DNA of 56,051 bases from a virus. Its lineage: Duplodnaviria > Caudoviricetes. Below the pieces are notes generated by a model. That model was not told the DNA's origin. It did no database searches and saw only the letters and a list, made by a program, of their open reading frames with translations. The stretch is taken from IMG/VR virus record IMGVR_UViG_3300031673_016563, positions 1-56,051 of that record. One strand, written 5' to 3'. This document shows, in pieces, positions 18,205-26,724 of the stretch (positions are counted from its first letter, which is position 1; the number at the start of each line of letters is the position of its first letter). Both the position numbers and the translations under genes were made by a program.

Positions 18205-18772
18205 TACAATTTTTATAGAAAGAGATGGGGTTATTAATATAAATAGTGAAGCAGTCAATAAGAAAGAGGATATTGAGTTTAATCCTCATATTTTTGAATT
18301 GCTTAGATCATTTAAGGATCATGATTATAGAGTTATTGTGATATCGGATCAAAATGATGTGGGGGTATATGATTACCCTTTAAATACCGATTTAGATATT
18401 ACAAACATACATGTGATGTATGTTTGTAATATCTTGGATCAGAAAGGGCAAATAGACCATATATATCAATGCAATCATGTTTTCATAGAGGATTGTGCAT
18501 GTCTTATGCCAAATAGTACCCTGATTCAAAGGGCTTTGGATAGTTATCCGGATATTGATATAGATAATTCTTTGATGATCGGGGAGAGTTGGAGAGCTAT
18601 GAATGCAGCTTCTAGTCTTGGTATAAAGACTTGCTTTCTTATAAGTGAATTACAAAATCTGCATATGTGCAATAAAGAGCCTGATTTTTGTATATCGGAT
18701 GTGTTGCAGGCTTCTAAATTAATTCCCTCATATTTTAAGAATAAAAGGAAGTTAGATGATAAAAATTCTTAA
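18194..18772 (+). CDS. GmhB/HisB-N-like HAD-IIIA phosphatase homologue with degenerate catalytic motifs
   Basis: IFIERDGVIN, YQCNH....CACLMP, SLMIGES, PDF. Confidence 0.75.
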   Translation: MNKITIFIERDGVININSEAVNKKEDIEFNPHIFELLRSFKDHDYRVIVISDQNDVGVYDYPLNTDLDITNIHVMYVCNILDQKGQIDHIYQCNHVFIEDCACLMPNSTLIQRALDSYPDIDIDNSLMIGESWRAMNAASSLGIKTCFLISELQNLHMCNKEPDFCISDVLQASKLIPSYFKNKRKLDDKNS

Positions 18773-18858
18773 GAGATATTTTTGGTATATTATATTATCT
18801 ATGATATATGGGTCAGCATTATATTTAATCTTAAACGGAGTCAATTGGAGATAGGAGT

Positions 18859-19233
18859 ATGAAGGAATATAAACCTTTCATTTATCCGGATAGTTCAAGA
18901 TGGGGTTCTAGCAGGCATAAGTCTTGTTGGGATTGTGATCATATTTTACTAAGAGGTCAGTTCAATAGGAGATGTGTGGTACACCTTAAAGTCTTTGTGT
19001 GGAGTGGTGATTCTGAAAGTGAGTTATTGGATTATCCCTTTGGTATAGGTAATACATTAGCGGATAAGTGTCCGGATTATGTGCTCAATTCTGAATATAA
19101 AACTTTACCTGAGGATAGGCCATATGAAGTTAATCTGGAGAAGGAGGAATTTATGAGGAGTTTATATAAAGAGCGTGATTTTGAATGCCTACTAGAATTG
19201 ATAGAAATTAGAAAGAAGGAATTAACAATTTAA
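18859..19233 (+). CDS. hypothetical Cys-containing protein
   Basis: AGGAG SD; CWDC...C...CPDY. Confidence 0.6.
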   Translation: MKEYKPFIYPDSSRWGSSRHKSCWDCDHILLRGQFNRRCVVHLKVFVWSGDSESELLDYPFGIGNTLADKCPDYVLNSEYKTLPEDRPYEVNLEKEEFMRSLYKERDFECLLELIEIRKKELTI

Positions 19234-19243
19234 GTTGGAGGTA
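19224..19243 (+). repeat. direct repeat left of purD
   Basis: AACAATTTAAGTTGGAGGTA, 19/20 identical to 20517-20536. Confidence 0.8.
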
Positions 19244-19251
19244 TATTTATA

Positions 19252-20526
19252 ATGAATATAATGGTGATAGGATCAGGGGCTAGAGAACATGCTATGGTTT
19301 GGGCTTTGAAGAAAGATTCTGAAGTAAGTAAAATAATTTGTGTTCCAGGGAATGCAGGTATATCTAAGGTTGCAAAATGTATAAAAGGAGATATTAATAA
19401 TATTTCTGAGTTGTATAATATAGCAAAATATGAGGAAATAGATTTAACTATAATTGGTCCGGAATTACCTTTATCGTTGGGAGTGGTGAACTTCTTTAAT
19501 GAAAGAGGGATGCAAATATTTGGGCCTTGCAAAGAAGTTGCTCAACTAGAGTCCAGCAAATGTTTTTCAAAATCTTTCATGCAGAGGCATAACATACCCA
19601 CTTCGGATTTTAAGCAATTTGAAGATCCGATAGAAGCAAAGAAATATATTAAATTTATTAAAAACACATACGTTGTGAAAGCGGACGGATTAGCCTCTGG
19701 CAAAGGTGTTTTTATATGCCATAATGAATCCGAAGGTATTGATGCTATAAATAAAATAATGATGTATAAAAATTTTGGAGGTGATGCGGGTAAAAAAATC
19801 GTTATAGAAGATTTTTTAAAGGGAAAAGAAGTATCTTTAATGGTAGTTACGGATGGGGTTAATATTAAATTATTGGAGACTTCCGTGGACTATAAAGCAT
19901 TGAGAGTAAATAATATTACGTTGAATACGGGTGGAATGGGTGCGTATAGCCCCTCTGAAATAATGGGTGGGAAGTTATCCGATAATATACTTAGAGATAT
20001 AGTAATACCAACATTAGACAATATATATTTGGAGACGGGGAATAAATATAAAGGTGTATTATATTTGGGGTTAATGATTGATGAGGAAGGTATGCCTTTT
20101 GTTTTAGAATATAATGTTAGATTAGGAGATCCTGAGACGCAAGCATTATTAGTAAGGCTTGAAAGTAGTTTTTTAAAATTATGTTTAGCTACAATAAATG
20201 AAAATTTAAATGAGGTGGATATATTGTGGAAAAATACTCCATCGGTTTGTATAGTTGCTGCATCTAAGGGGTATCCTAATTGCTATGACATAAATAAAGA
20301 GATATTTGGATTGGAGACATTTAATGAATCTTTTAAATCTGTTGAGATATTTCATGGAGGTACGATTTTTGGAGAAGAGGGTAAAATATTAACCGGAGGT
20401 GGAAGAGTACTTTCAATTGTCTCAATAGGAGATTCTATAAATTCTGCCAAACAATTAGCATATGAAGCTATAAGAAGCATATATTTCGATGGTATGTTTT
20501 ATATTGAGAATATAGGAACAATTTAA
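19252..20526 (+). CDS. purD: phosphoribosylamine-glycine ligase (GAR synthetase)
   Basis: IGSGAREHA, PGNAG, GPELPL, LESSK, KADGLASGKGV, NTGGMGAY, EYNVRLGDPETQ, GYP, GGRVL. Confidence 0.96.
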   Translation: MNIMVIGSGAREHAMVWALKKDSEVSKIICVPGNAGISKVAKCIKGDINNISELYNIAKYEEIDLTIIGPELPLSLGVVNFFNERGMQIFGPCKEVAQLESSKCFSKSFMQRHNIPTSDFKQFEDPIEAKKYIKFIKNTYVVKADGLASGKGVFICHNESEGIDAINKIMMYKNFGGDAGKKIVIEDFLKGKEVSLMVVTDGVNIKLLETSVDYKALRVNNITLNTGGMGAYSPSEIMGGKLSDNILRDIVIPTLDNIYLETGNKYKGVLYLGLMIDEEGMPFVLEYNVRLGDPETQALLVRLESSFLKLCLATINENLNEVDILWKNTPSVCIVAASKGYPNCYDINKEIFGLETFNESFKSVEIFHGGTIFGEEGKILTGGGRVLSIVSIGDSINSAKQLAYEAIRSIYFDGMFYIENIGTI

Positions 20527-20536
20527 ATTGGAGGTA
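20517..20536 (+). repeat. direct repeat right of purD
   Basis: AACAATTTAAATTGGAGGTA, includes purD stop and next SD. Confidence 0.8.
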
Positions 20537-20541
20537 AAATT

Positions 20542-20865
20542 ATGTTTGATGATATTTTGAACAGAGAGCCGGAGTTAACCCCGGAACAAAAAAGAAGTCA
20601 GGAAATTTCCAGGATGAATGAGATGCGTAAACAATTCATATCATCTCTAATGAGTTTTGTTGAAAATGCAGTGGTATCCAAAAGGAAGGTGGTTGAAATC
20701 CCTATATATGCGGGATCAGAGGTTTCTAAATTGAGGCATATCATAAAGAGAATAGCCACGGGGTTTGGATATCAAATAAAAAATATGAAGAAGAGACATA
20801 TCATCATTGAAAATACAAAATTTGTGATCAAAGTTATCCCTAAACCAAAGGATGTAAAATTATGA
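20542..20865 (+). CDS. hypothetical protein
   Basis: GGAGGT SD, 107 aa ORF. Confidence 0.65.
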   Translation: MFDDILNREPELTPEQKRSQEISRMNEMRKQFISSLMSFVENAVVSKRKVVEIPIYAGSEVSKLRHIIKRIATGFGYQIKNMKKRHIIIENTKFVIKVIPKPKDVKL

Positions 20866-20890
20866 GAAGTTAAATCGAATATAATGTAAA
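20853..20890 (+). promoter_or_regulatory. conserved bipartite promoter-like motif, copy 5
   Basis: TGTAAAATT...ATCGAATATAAT, 21-nt offset. Confidence 0.6.
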
Positions 20891-20902
20891 GGAGGTAGTA
20901 TA

Positions 20903-22294
20903 ATGATCCCAGAAAAAGTCAAATATGACTTAAACAAATTAGTGTTCTCTAATCCTGATTTGATATATATCTTAGATGAGTTTATGAAGGGTTGCCATAA
21001 TATATATCTTGTTGGAGGGTGTGTGAGAGATACCTTGATAGGTATGGGATGTAAAGATATTGATTTAGTAACGGATGCTTCTCCGGAGGAAATTAAGGAG
21101 ATGTTCCCTGAGGCCAAATGTCACGGTCAATTTTTGATCACTGTGGTAAGAGGTGTTGAGATTGCTACATATAGGGAGGATGTATTTAACACGGGTAAGG
21201 CTACGGAATGTAAAGTTCGGAGAGTTCAAACGATTGAGGAGGATTTAGCAAGAAGAGATTTTACTTGCAATGCTATGGCATTTGATCCTATAGGTCAAAA
21301 CATAGTTGATTTGTACGGTGGATATACATCTTGTCTTTTTAGAGAGTTATCCTTTGTGGGGAAACCTGATAGGAGAATTCAGGAATCTAATGCGAGGATT
21401 TTGAGAGCTTGTAGATTTGTTGCCGTATTAAATGGGAGCTTTGATATAGACACTTTAGAGGCCTTAAAGAGGAATGCTCATTTAGTGAACAATATTTCCA
21501 AAGAAAAGATCATGTTGGAAATAAAAAAGGCTATGAGTATCAAAAGAGCTTCAATGTTCTTCAAGGCTCTACATGCTATTGGAGCTTTACAATATATCTT
21601 TCCTTCCTTAGAGGATTGTGTGAATCAAGATGGCGGCCCGCATCATGCCGAAACGGTATTTGATCATTGTATGGAGGTGGGAGATGCTATTACCACAAAA
21701 AATTGGAGATTGAAGTTGGCCGGGTATTTGCATGATATTGGTAAGCCTCCTTGTGCTGAGATTGCAGCGGAAACAAATGCTTTGAGATTTAGGAATCATC
21801 CCGTAACGGGGGCAAAACTAGCAACCAAGGAGTTAAAGGATCTGAAGTTCAGCAATGAGGATGAGGCTTATATCTCTAATCTGGTGTTACTGCATATGAC
21901 CTCCTTGAAAGAGGATTTCACCAAAAAAGCAGTAAAGAAATTTATAAGGAAATTGAAAGAGAAGAATATTAATTATAAAGATTGGTTCAAATTGCGGATA
22001 GCGGATAGAAAGGGGAATCGAAAGAGCTTCAATTATACCTTCAGAGAGATTTACGATAGAGTGGGATTGATCCATGATATACTCAAGGAGAAAAATGTAT
22101 TCTCATTAAAGGATTTGGCGGTTAACGGTCAAGATGTTATGAATATTCTTCATATTTTACCAGGGCCTTTGGTGGGGGCGGTATTGAAAGCATTATTTGA
22201 GGATTGCTTCAATAATCCTGAGCGTAATAACAAAGAATTTTTGTTGTATCGAATGAGTAACCTATCTGAGTTGATGTGCGATGATTTAAATTAA
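20903..22294 (+). CDS. cca: class II tRNA nucleotidyltransferase (CCA-adding/poly(A) polymerase family) with HD domain
   Basis: YLVGGCVRD..G..KDID, EIATYR, EDLARRDFTCNAMA, RILRA, LHDIGKP, DLAVNGQD. Confidence 0.9.
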   Translation: MIPEKVKYDLNKLVFSNPDLIYILDEFMKGCHNIYLVGGCVRDTLIGMGCKDIDLVTDASPEEIKEMFPEAKCHGQFLITVVRGVEIATYREDVFNTGKATECKVRRVQTIEEDLARRDFTCNAMAFDPIGQNIVDLYGGYTSCLFRELSFVGKPDRRIQESNARILRACRFVAVLNGSFDIDTLEALKRNAHLVNNISKEKIMLEIKKAMSIKRASMFFKALHAIGALQYIFPSLEDCVNQDGGPHHAETVFDHCMEVGDAITTKNWRLKLAGYLHDIGKPPCAEIAAETNALRFRNHPVTGAKLATKELKDLKFSNEDEAYISNLVLLHMTSLKEDFTKKAVKKFIRKLKEKNINYKDWFKLRIADRKGNRKSFNYTFREIYDRVGLIHDILKEKNVFSLKDLAVNGQDVMNILHILPGPLVGAVLKALFEDCFNNPERNNKEFLLYRMSNLSELMCDDLN

Positions 22295-22308
22295 CGGAGT
22301 AAATAATA

Positions 22309-22614
22309 ATGGAAAATAAAAATATAGAAAAGATGAAGGAAGAAATCAAGAGTGTTATATTTGATATGTATTCTGAAGTTGAGGCCTCAGAGATATATGA
22401 AAGATTTTGTGAGGACTTGGAAGATCTGGGTTTTTTAGTAGAATCCTCCATTTTAAGTTCATATATGCCAGAGTCTGTGAAAAATAATTGGGGTACTTTG
22501 TCCCAGGAGTCTAAGGTGTCCGTCTATTTAACTATTTGCCATATAGTGGGTGCTATATTGTTGCAGGCACAAAGTAAAGACGCCCCAAATATACCTAAGA
22601 ATCAGATAAATTAA
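22309..22614 (+). CDS. hypothetical protein
   Basis: GGAG SD; flanked by similar stop-RBS-start segments. Confidence 0.65.
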   Translation: MENKNIEKMKEEIKSVIFDMYSEVEASEIYERFCEDLEDLGFLVESSILSSYMPESVKNNWGTLSQESKVSVYLTICHIVGAILLQAQSKDAPNIPKNQIN

Positions 22615-22627
22615 GGAGTTAATAATT

Positions 22628-23173
22628 ATGAGTCAAGAAAAAGGTAGAGAGCAAGTATTTCAATTGGGGGTTAATTATATCAATGGATATATAGATAGAG
22701 AATTTCAAGGCAAATTTGAGGGTATGGAGTGGAATCATGATACCAAACTTAAGATGTTGGGAATTGTTCTAGATGGATATAGAAAAATGCGTTCTTCAGC
22801 GCCATTTTTGCATATAGTAGAGTATCCAAGAATATCAATCTACATGGATGTAGATAAATTAAAGATAAATGTTCAAGGTTGGGGGAATACTTGTAGGCAT
22901 TGTCAATTATTAGGGTCTATGCAATATAATAAAGGTACATATTATGATATATATTATTGTAATCCTAATCATTTAGTAGGGGGGGAGATTGATTTAAAGA
23001 TAAGATATGGAGATAATCCGGAAGAAGTATATCTTAGAGAAGTTAAGTATGCTCAAGATTGCGGCCTTAAATGGAGGGCTGCTGTTCAGTTATTCAACAA
23101 TAGGGCTGATATCTTGATTATCAATCCTTATGATCTTAGTTCAGAGATTGAATATAAGAAGGAAAGGAAATAA
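22628..23173 (+). CDS. hypothetical protein
   Basis: AAGGAG SD, 181 aa ORF. Confidence 0.65.
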   Translation: MSQEKGREQVFQLGVNYINGYIDREFQGKFEGMEWNHDTKLKMLGIVLDGYRKMRSSAPFLHIVEYPRISIYMDVDKLKINVQGWGNTCRHCQLLGSMQYNKGTYYDIYYCNPNHLVGGEIDLKIRYGDNPEEVYLREVKYAQDCGLKWRAAVQLFNNRADILIINPYDLSSEIEYKKERK

Positions 23174-23176
23174 ATT

Positions 23177-24082
23177 ATGGGAGATCCTAAAAGATCTATT
23201 TCTCGGTTCGATAGCAAAGGAGCTGTCACAAGTAATGCAGTAACTATTAAATCTATTCCTAAGATGGGGAAGAAAGATGAATCTTTTGATGCTTTACTTG
23301 CGGAACAATCTAAAGCAGCCTCATTAAAGACTGATAAATTATTAAAGAAAGTTAAATCAAAACCTACTCCAAAACCTACTCCAAAACCTACTCCAAAACC
23401 TACTCCAAAACCTACTCCAAAACCTGAGGGGGAAATCATTGAATCAATGGATGATATAGATCTATCTTTCTTAGGTTTGGATTCCTCATCGGAAAAAGAA
23501 TATGATATGGAATCCGCTATTCTCAAGGAGGAGGTGGATAATATAGTAAAAAATCCATCTAAACTTGAGTCTTCTGATGAGAACGTAATTTCAGAGGCCA
23601 TTAAACCTTCGGAGCCATATGTGAAACAATATTATTATAATGAACCTAATCAAGAGAATTTCGAGTTAAAGGTTGCACCACTCAAAGATATTTGTATAAC
23701 TCTACCTTCAGGGGGTAGGCGAAATGCAAATGTTCAGATCTTTCATTTATTTAAGGAATCATCATTATGGAGGGAGGTTCTAAATCAAATTAAGAAATCC
23801 GGAGGCGAAGTACGTTGGATATATAAAGATTCTTTGTTAAGTAAGATTTTTATTCATGCCTTAGAGGATATATATGCTTGTGATAATTCGGCTTATATGG
23901 AATGTCTTCCATATTTACATGTTATAAAGAAAAATAAAAAATATGTGATAGTCTTGGCCTCAATTATTTTTCTTTATTTAGGTATACCTTGTTATGTAGT
24001 ATGTGAGGTATCTGATTTCAATCGGGGAAACATAGAGGATATATTTTTGGTAGGGGTGGATATAATAGAGGCCATAGAATAA
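23177..24082 (+). CDS. hypothetical protein with KPTP repeat linker
   Basis: 12-bp AAACCTACTCCA x5 near 23360-23420. Confidence 0.7.
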   Translation: MGDPKRSISRFDSKGAVTSNAVTIKSIPKMGKKDESFDALLAEQSKAASLKTDKLLKKVKSKPTPKPTPKPTPKPTPKPTPKPEGEIIESMDDIDLSFLGLDSSSEKEYDMESAILKEEVDNIVKNPSKLESSDENVISEAIKPSEPYVKQYYYNEPNQENFELKVAPLKDICITLPSGGRRNANVQIFHLFKESSLWREVLNQIKKSGGEVRWIYKDSLLSKIFIHALEDIYACDNSAYMECLPYLHVIKKNKKYVIVLASIIFLYLGIPCYVVCEVSDFNRGNIEDIFLVGVDIIEAIE

Positions 24083-24100
24083 TTAAGGATACGAGGAGTT

Positions 24101-24334
24101 ATGAAGATTATATTTGGTAAAAAGGCGAATTATCCAACTTTTCATTTATTGAAATTGGATTTGGAGCCTAAAGGTTTAAGGAAAAACTTTGATTATTTGT
24201 ATTATGATTTGCAGACAAAAGAAGGATATGAAGAATTTAAATCTAGGGGTTTTACTGATTTAGAGTACCAAGATTTTTTAGTTAATATAAAAGATTTTGA
24301 ATCAAAATTACCAATAATTTTAGAGGAGTATTAA
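24101..24334 (+). CDS. hypothetical protein
   Basis: GAGGAG SD. Confidence 0.6.
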   Translation: MKIIFGKKANYPTFHLLKLDLEPKGLRKNFDYLYYDLQTKEGYEEFKSRGFTDLEYQDFLVNIKDFESKLPIILEEY

Positions 24335-24336
24335 TC

Positions 24337-24696
24337 ATGACAAATAGAGAAAAAATATTTACGCAATTGAGATTCAGTTTAAGATTACAAAAAAATGTCC
24401 ACGATAGTATTATAGGATTACACCCTAATATTTACGGTGATTTCCAAGACATTAGGGGGACCATATCATCAGAATTATCGGGAGATATAACAGAATTATC
24501 AGGAGATATAACAGGTATTAAGGGGATTATATGTCCAGAATTATCTGGAACCATATCATCGGAATTATCAGGAGATATAACAGAATTATATGGTGATGTA
24601 TCAGGATTATATGGAAACATATCAGGATTATCAGGAGATATAACAGGTATTGAGGGTAACATAGAAGACATAATAAAAATTTTAAAGGAGGATTAA
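24337..24696 (+). CDS. GDISGL-repeat family protein, copy D
   Basis: MTNREKI..QL..NVHD.IIGLHPNIYGDF N-cap, repeats, GDITGIEGNIEDIIKILKED C-cap; 25-bp flanking direct repeats. Confidence 0.8.
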   Translation: MTNREKIFTQLRFSLRLQKNVHDSIIGLHPNIYGDFQDIRGTISSELSGDITELSGDITGIKGIICPELSGTISSELSGDITELYGDVSGLYGNISGLSGDITGIEGNIEDIIKILKED

Positions 24697-24698
24697 TC

Positions 24699-25124
24699 AT
24701 GATGGATAATTTTAAAAAAAGTGTAATGTTAACACCGGATGCTATATTTGATAATCTTATGGGGAATATGAGTTTAGATGATATGCAGAGGGTATTTAGA
24801 GATTATGATAAATTATCAAATATCTCAACAAAAGAAATATTTGATAACGGAGGCAAGTATTCTGTTGTAGACATCCCGAATTCATTATTTGAATTTATGA
24901 TGAACAAGCTTTTAATTTCAGAGGGGCAGATAAAGTTGGCCTCTCATATGCATGTATTCAATAAAACTATGGAGGTGGTATTGTGTCTTCCTATTAGCCA
25001 ATATAACAAGAATATCTATGAGTATCGGATTATATTGTCAAATAATAAAGCAAGGTTGCTAAATCAAATAAATCAAATAGCGGATGAGCTGAAATTATTG
25101 TCGGATATAGAGTTGGGAGAATAA
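24699..25124 (+). CDS. hypothetical protein
   Basis: AGGAGG SD. Confidence 0.65.
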   Translation: MMDNFKKSVMLTPDAIFDNLMGNMSLDDMQRVFRDYDKLSNISTKEIFDNGGKYSVVDIPNSLFEFMMNKLLISEGQIKLASHMHVFNKTMEVVLCLPISQYNKNIYEYRIILSNNKARLLNQINQIADELKLLSDIELGE

Positions 25125-25128
25125 TTAA

Positions 25129-25995
25129 ATGATAAATTTGAGTAGTATAAATAAAAGTTTGATAACCTCAAAGAATGATTTTAATTCATGGGCCGAGGAA
25201 ATCTTGGAATTAAGTAAAGTTCAAGGAGGATCTACTCTAGGGTTTGATCTTGAGACTAATGGTAAGATTTTTCCGGATACTGAGTTGGTGGGATTTTCCT
25301 TATATAATAGAACTCTATCTAAAGCTTGTTATGTGCCCATACATCATATAGAGACAACTATATCATATAATGTTTTTTTAAGTGATATAAAATCCAGCCT
25401 CCAATTATTATTTGATACTTCCTTAATTACGGTGCATAATGGGGTATATGATTTCTTGTTAATGAATAAATTAGGGTACAAGTTCAATAAGGTATTCTGT
25501 ACCTATACATTAGCGAATATGCTCCAGTTCATTAATCTGGGTTTGAAGGAGCTTTCTTTGGAGTTTGGGTTGATCAAGTATAATGAGGTTATGACATATC
25601 TAAAATTAATGGGTCTATTGGGATTTCCGGAAGATCATTATGATTTCTCGGATATTGATATCACTTCAAGTAAAGAAGCATTTGATTACGCGGTCAATGA
25701 TTCAATATTTGTGGTTCATTTGGCGGAGATTTTGTTCAACAAATATTATGAGTTGATTGGCAATGGAAATTTAGTACGATTCAATCTAGACTCCCAGTTC
25801 AATACCATGCTGCTATTAGCTGAAACATCTACTTCAAAAGGATATTATGTAGATAAGAATTATCTGGATGTTTTCATAAAGCAATTTGGCACGGAACTTG
25901 AATCAAAAGAGAAAGAGCTCATGGACAAAGTTAGAACTTTTATGGGGTGGGCAGTTTCGGAGGATAACATGAAATCAATCTCAGCGGGGGTATGA
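25129..25995 (+). CDS. polA: family A DNA polymerase, fragment 1 (3'-5' exonuclease and start of thumb)
   Basis: ExoI GFDLETNG, ACYVPIHH, ExoII HNGVYD, LGLKEL, ExoIII YAVND, G..VD..YL. Confidence 0.85.
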   Translation: MINLSSINKSLITSKNDFNSWAEEILELSKVQGGSTLGFDLETNGKIFPDTELVGFSLYNRTLSKACYVPIHHIETTISYNVFLSDIKSSLQLLFDTSLITVHNGVYDFLLMNKLGYKFNKVFCTYTLANMLQFINLGLKELSLEFGLIKYNEVMTYLKLMGLLGFPEDHYDFSDIDITSSKEAFDYAVNDSIFVVHLAEILFNKYYELIGNGNLVRFNLDSQFNTMLLLAETSTSKGYYVDKNYLDVFIKQFGTELESKEKELMDKVRTFMGWAVSEDNMKSISAGV

Positions 25996-26525
25996 TTATG
26001 GCCAAGAAAACTTTAGCTGATTTGAAGGATGCATTTAAGGAGGAGCCTCTAAAGAATGTTAAGATAGATGAGGTTAAGAAGAAAGTACCTAAATGGAACA
26101 TGGATTCAAGGAATTTAATGATCAACTTATTCTTCAATGTTCTGAAGGAGAAACATAGAACGGCTGCGGATAAGTTGCCGAGTATAAATGCTGATGCTTT
26201 GGATAAAATGAGAAATCCAATAGCTCAAGAGGTCATTAAATTTCGTTCGGATACAAACTTATTAAATAGCTTTAAGAATGTGGGTTCCTATGTCCATTCT
26301 AATAGAAAATATGGGTATTCGGATGAATGGGATAGAGCTAATATAAAATATAATATGGTGGGGTTTGACAATGTTGAGCGAATTTATCCAGTGGCTAAAG
26401 AGAGTATTCCTCTAAGTGCTAATAAGAAGGTTAGGAAGGCTTTTGTAATTCCAAGAAGCCATTTGATTTTTGAGGATCATCTAAAGGATGATATACGAAA
26501 AATTTTAGACAATTTGAAGGAGTAG
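25992..26525 (+). CDS. polA: family A DNA polymerase, fragment 2 (thumb region)
   Basis: WNMDS..L..LFF (cf. FNxxSxxQL), PSINADAL, NPIAQEVIKFR, VRKAFV. Confidence 0.7.
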   Translation: MIMAKKTLADLKDAFKEEPLKNVKIDEVKKKVPKWNMDSRNLMINLFFNVLKEKHRTAADKLPSINADALDKMRNPIAQEVIKFRSDTNLLNSFKNVGSYVHSNRKYGYSDEWDRANIKYNMVGFDNVERIYPVAKESIPLSANKKVRKAFVIPRSHLIFEDHLKDDIRKILDNLKE

Positions 26526-26529
26526 TATT

Positions 26530-26721
26530 ATGGATAAGAAATGTAGATTTTGTGGGGAAAAGGCTAATGTTTCAGGGTTATGTGATGATTGTCATGATTG
26601 CATTAGACATTTAGAAGAGATTATAAATGTTAACCCTAGAGAGGCTATCAAATATTTAGAGGTGAAACTAGCCTATGCTAAGAGAATGCGAGCTAATAGA
26701 TATATGTCAAAGGAGGTGTAA
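26530..26721 (+). CDS. small Zn-finger-like protein between polymerase fragments
   Basis: CRFCG....GLCDDC; AAGGAG SD. Confidence 0.6.
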   Translation: MDKKCRFCGEKANVSGLCDDCHDCIRHLEEIINVNPREAIKYLEVKLAYAKRMRANRYMSKEV

Positions 26722-26724
26722 ATT

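Noticed and set aside
9857-24696. Diversity-generating retroelement
   Set aside because: No reverse transcriptase in the window and no template/variable pair with adenine-specific differences was evident.
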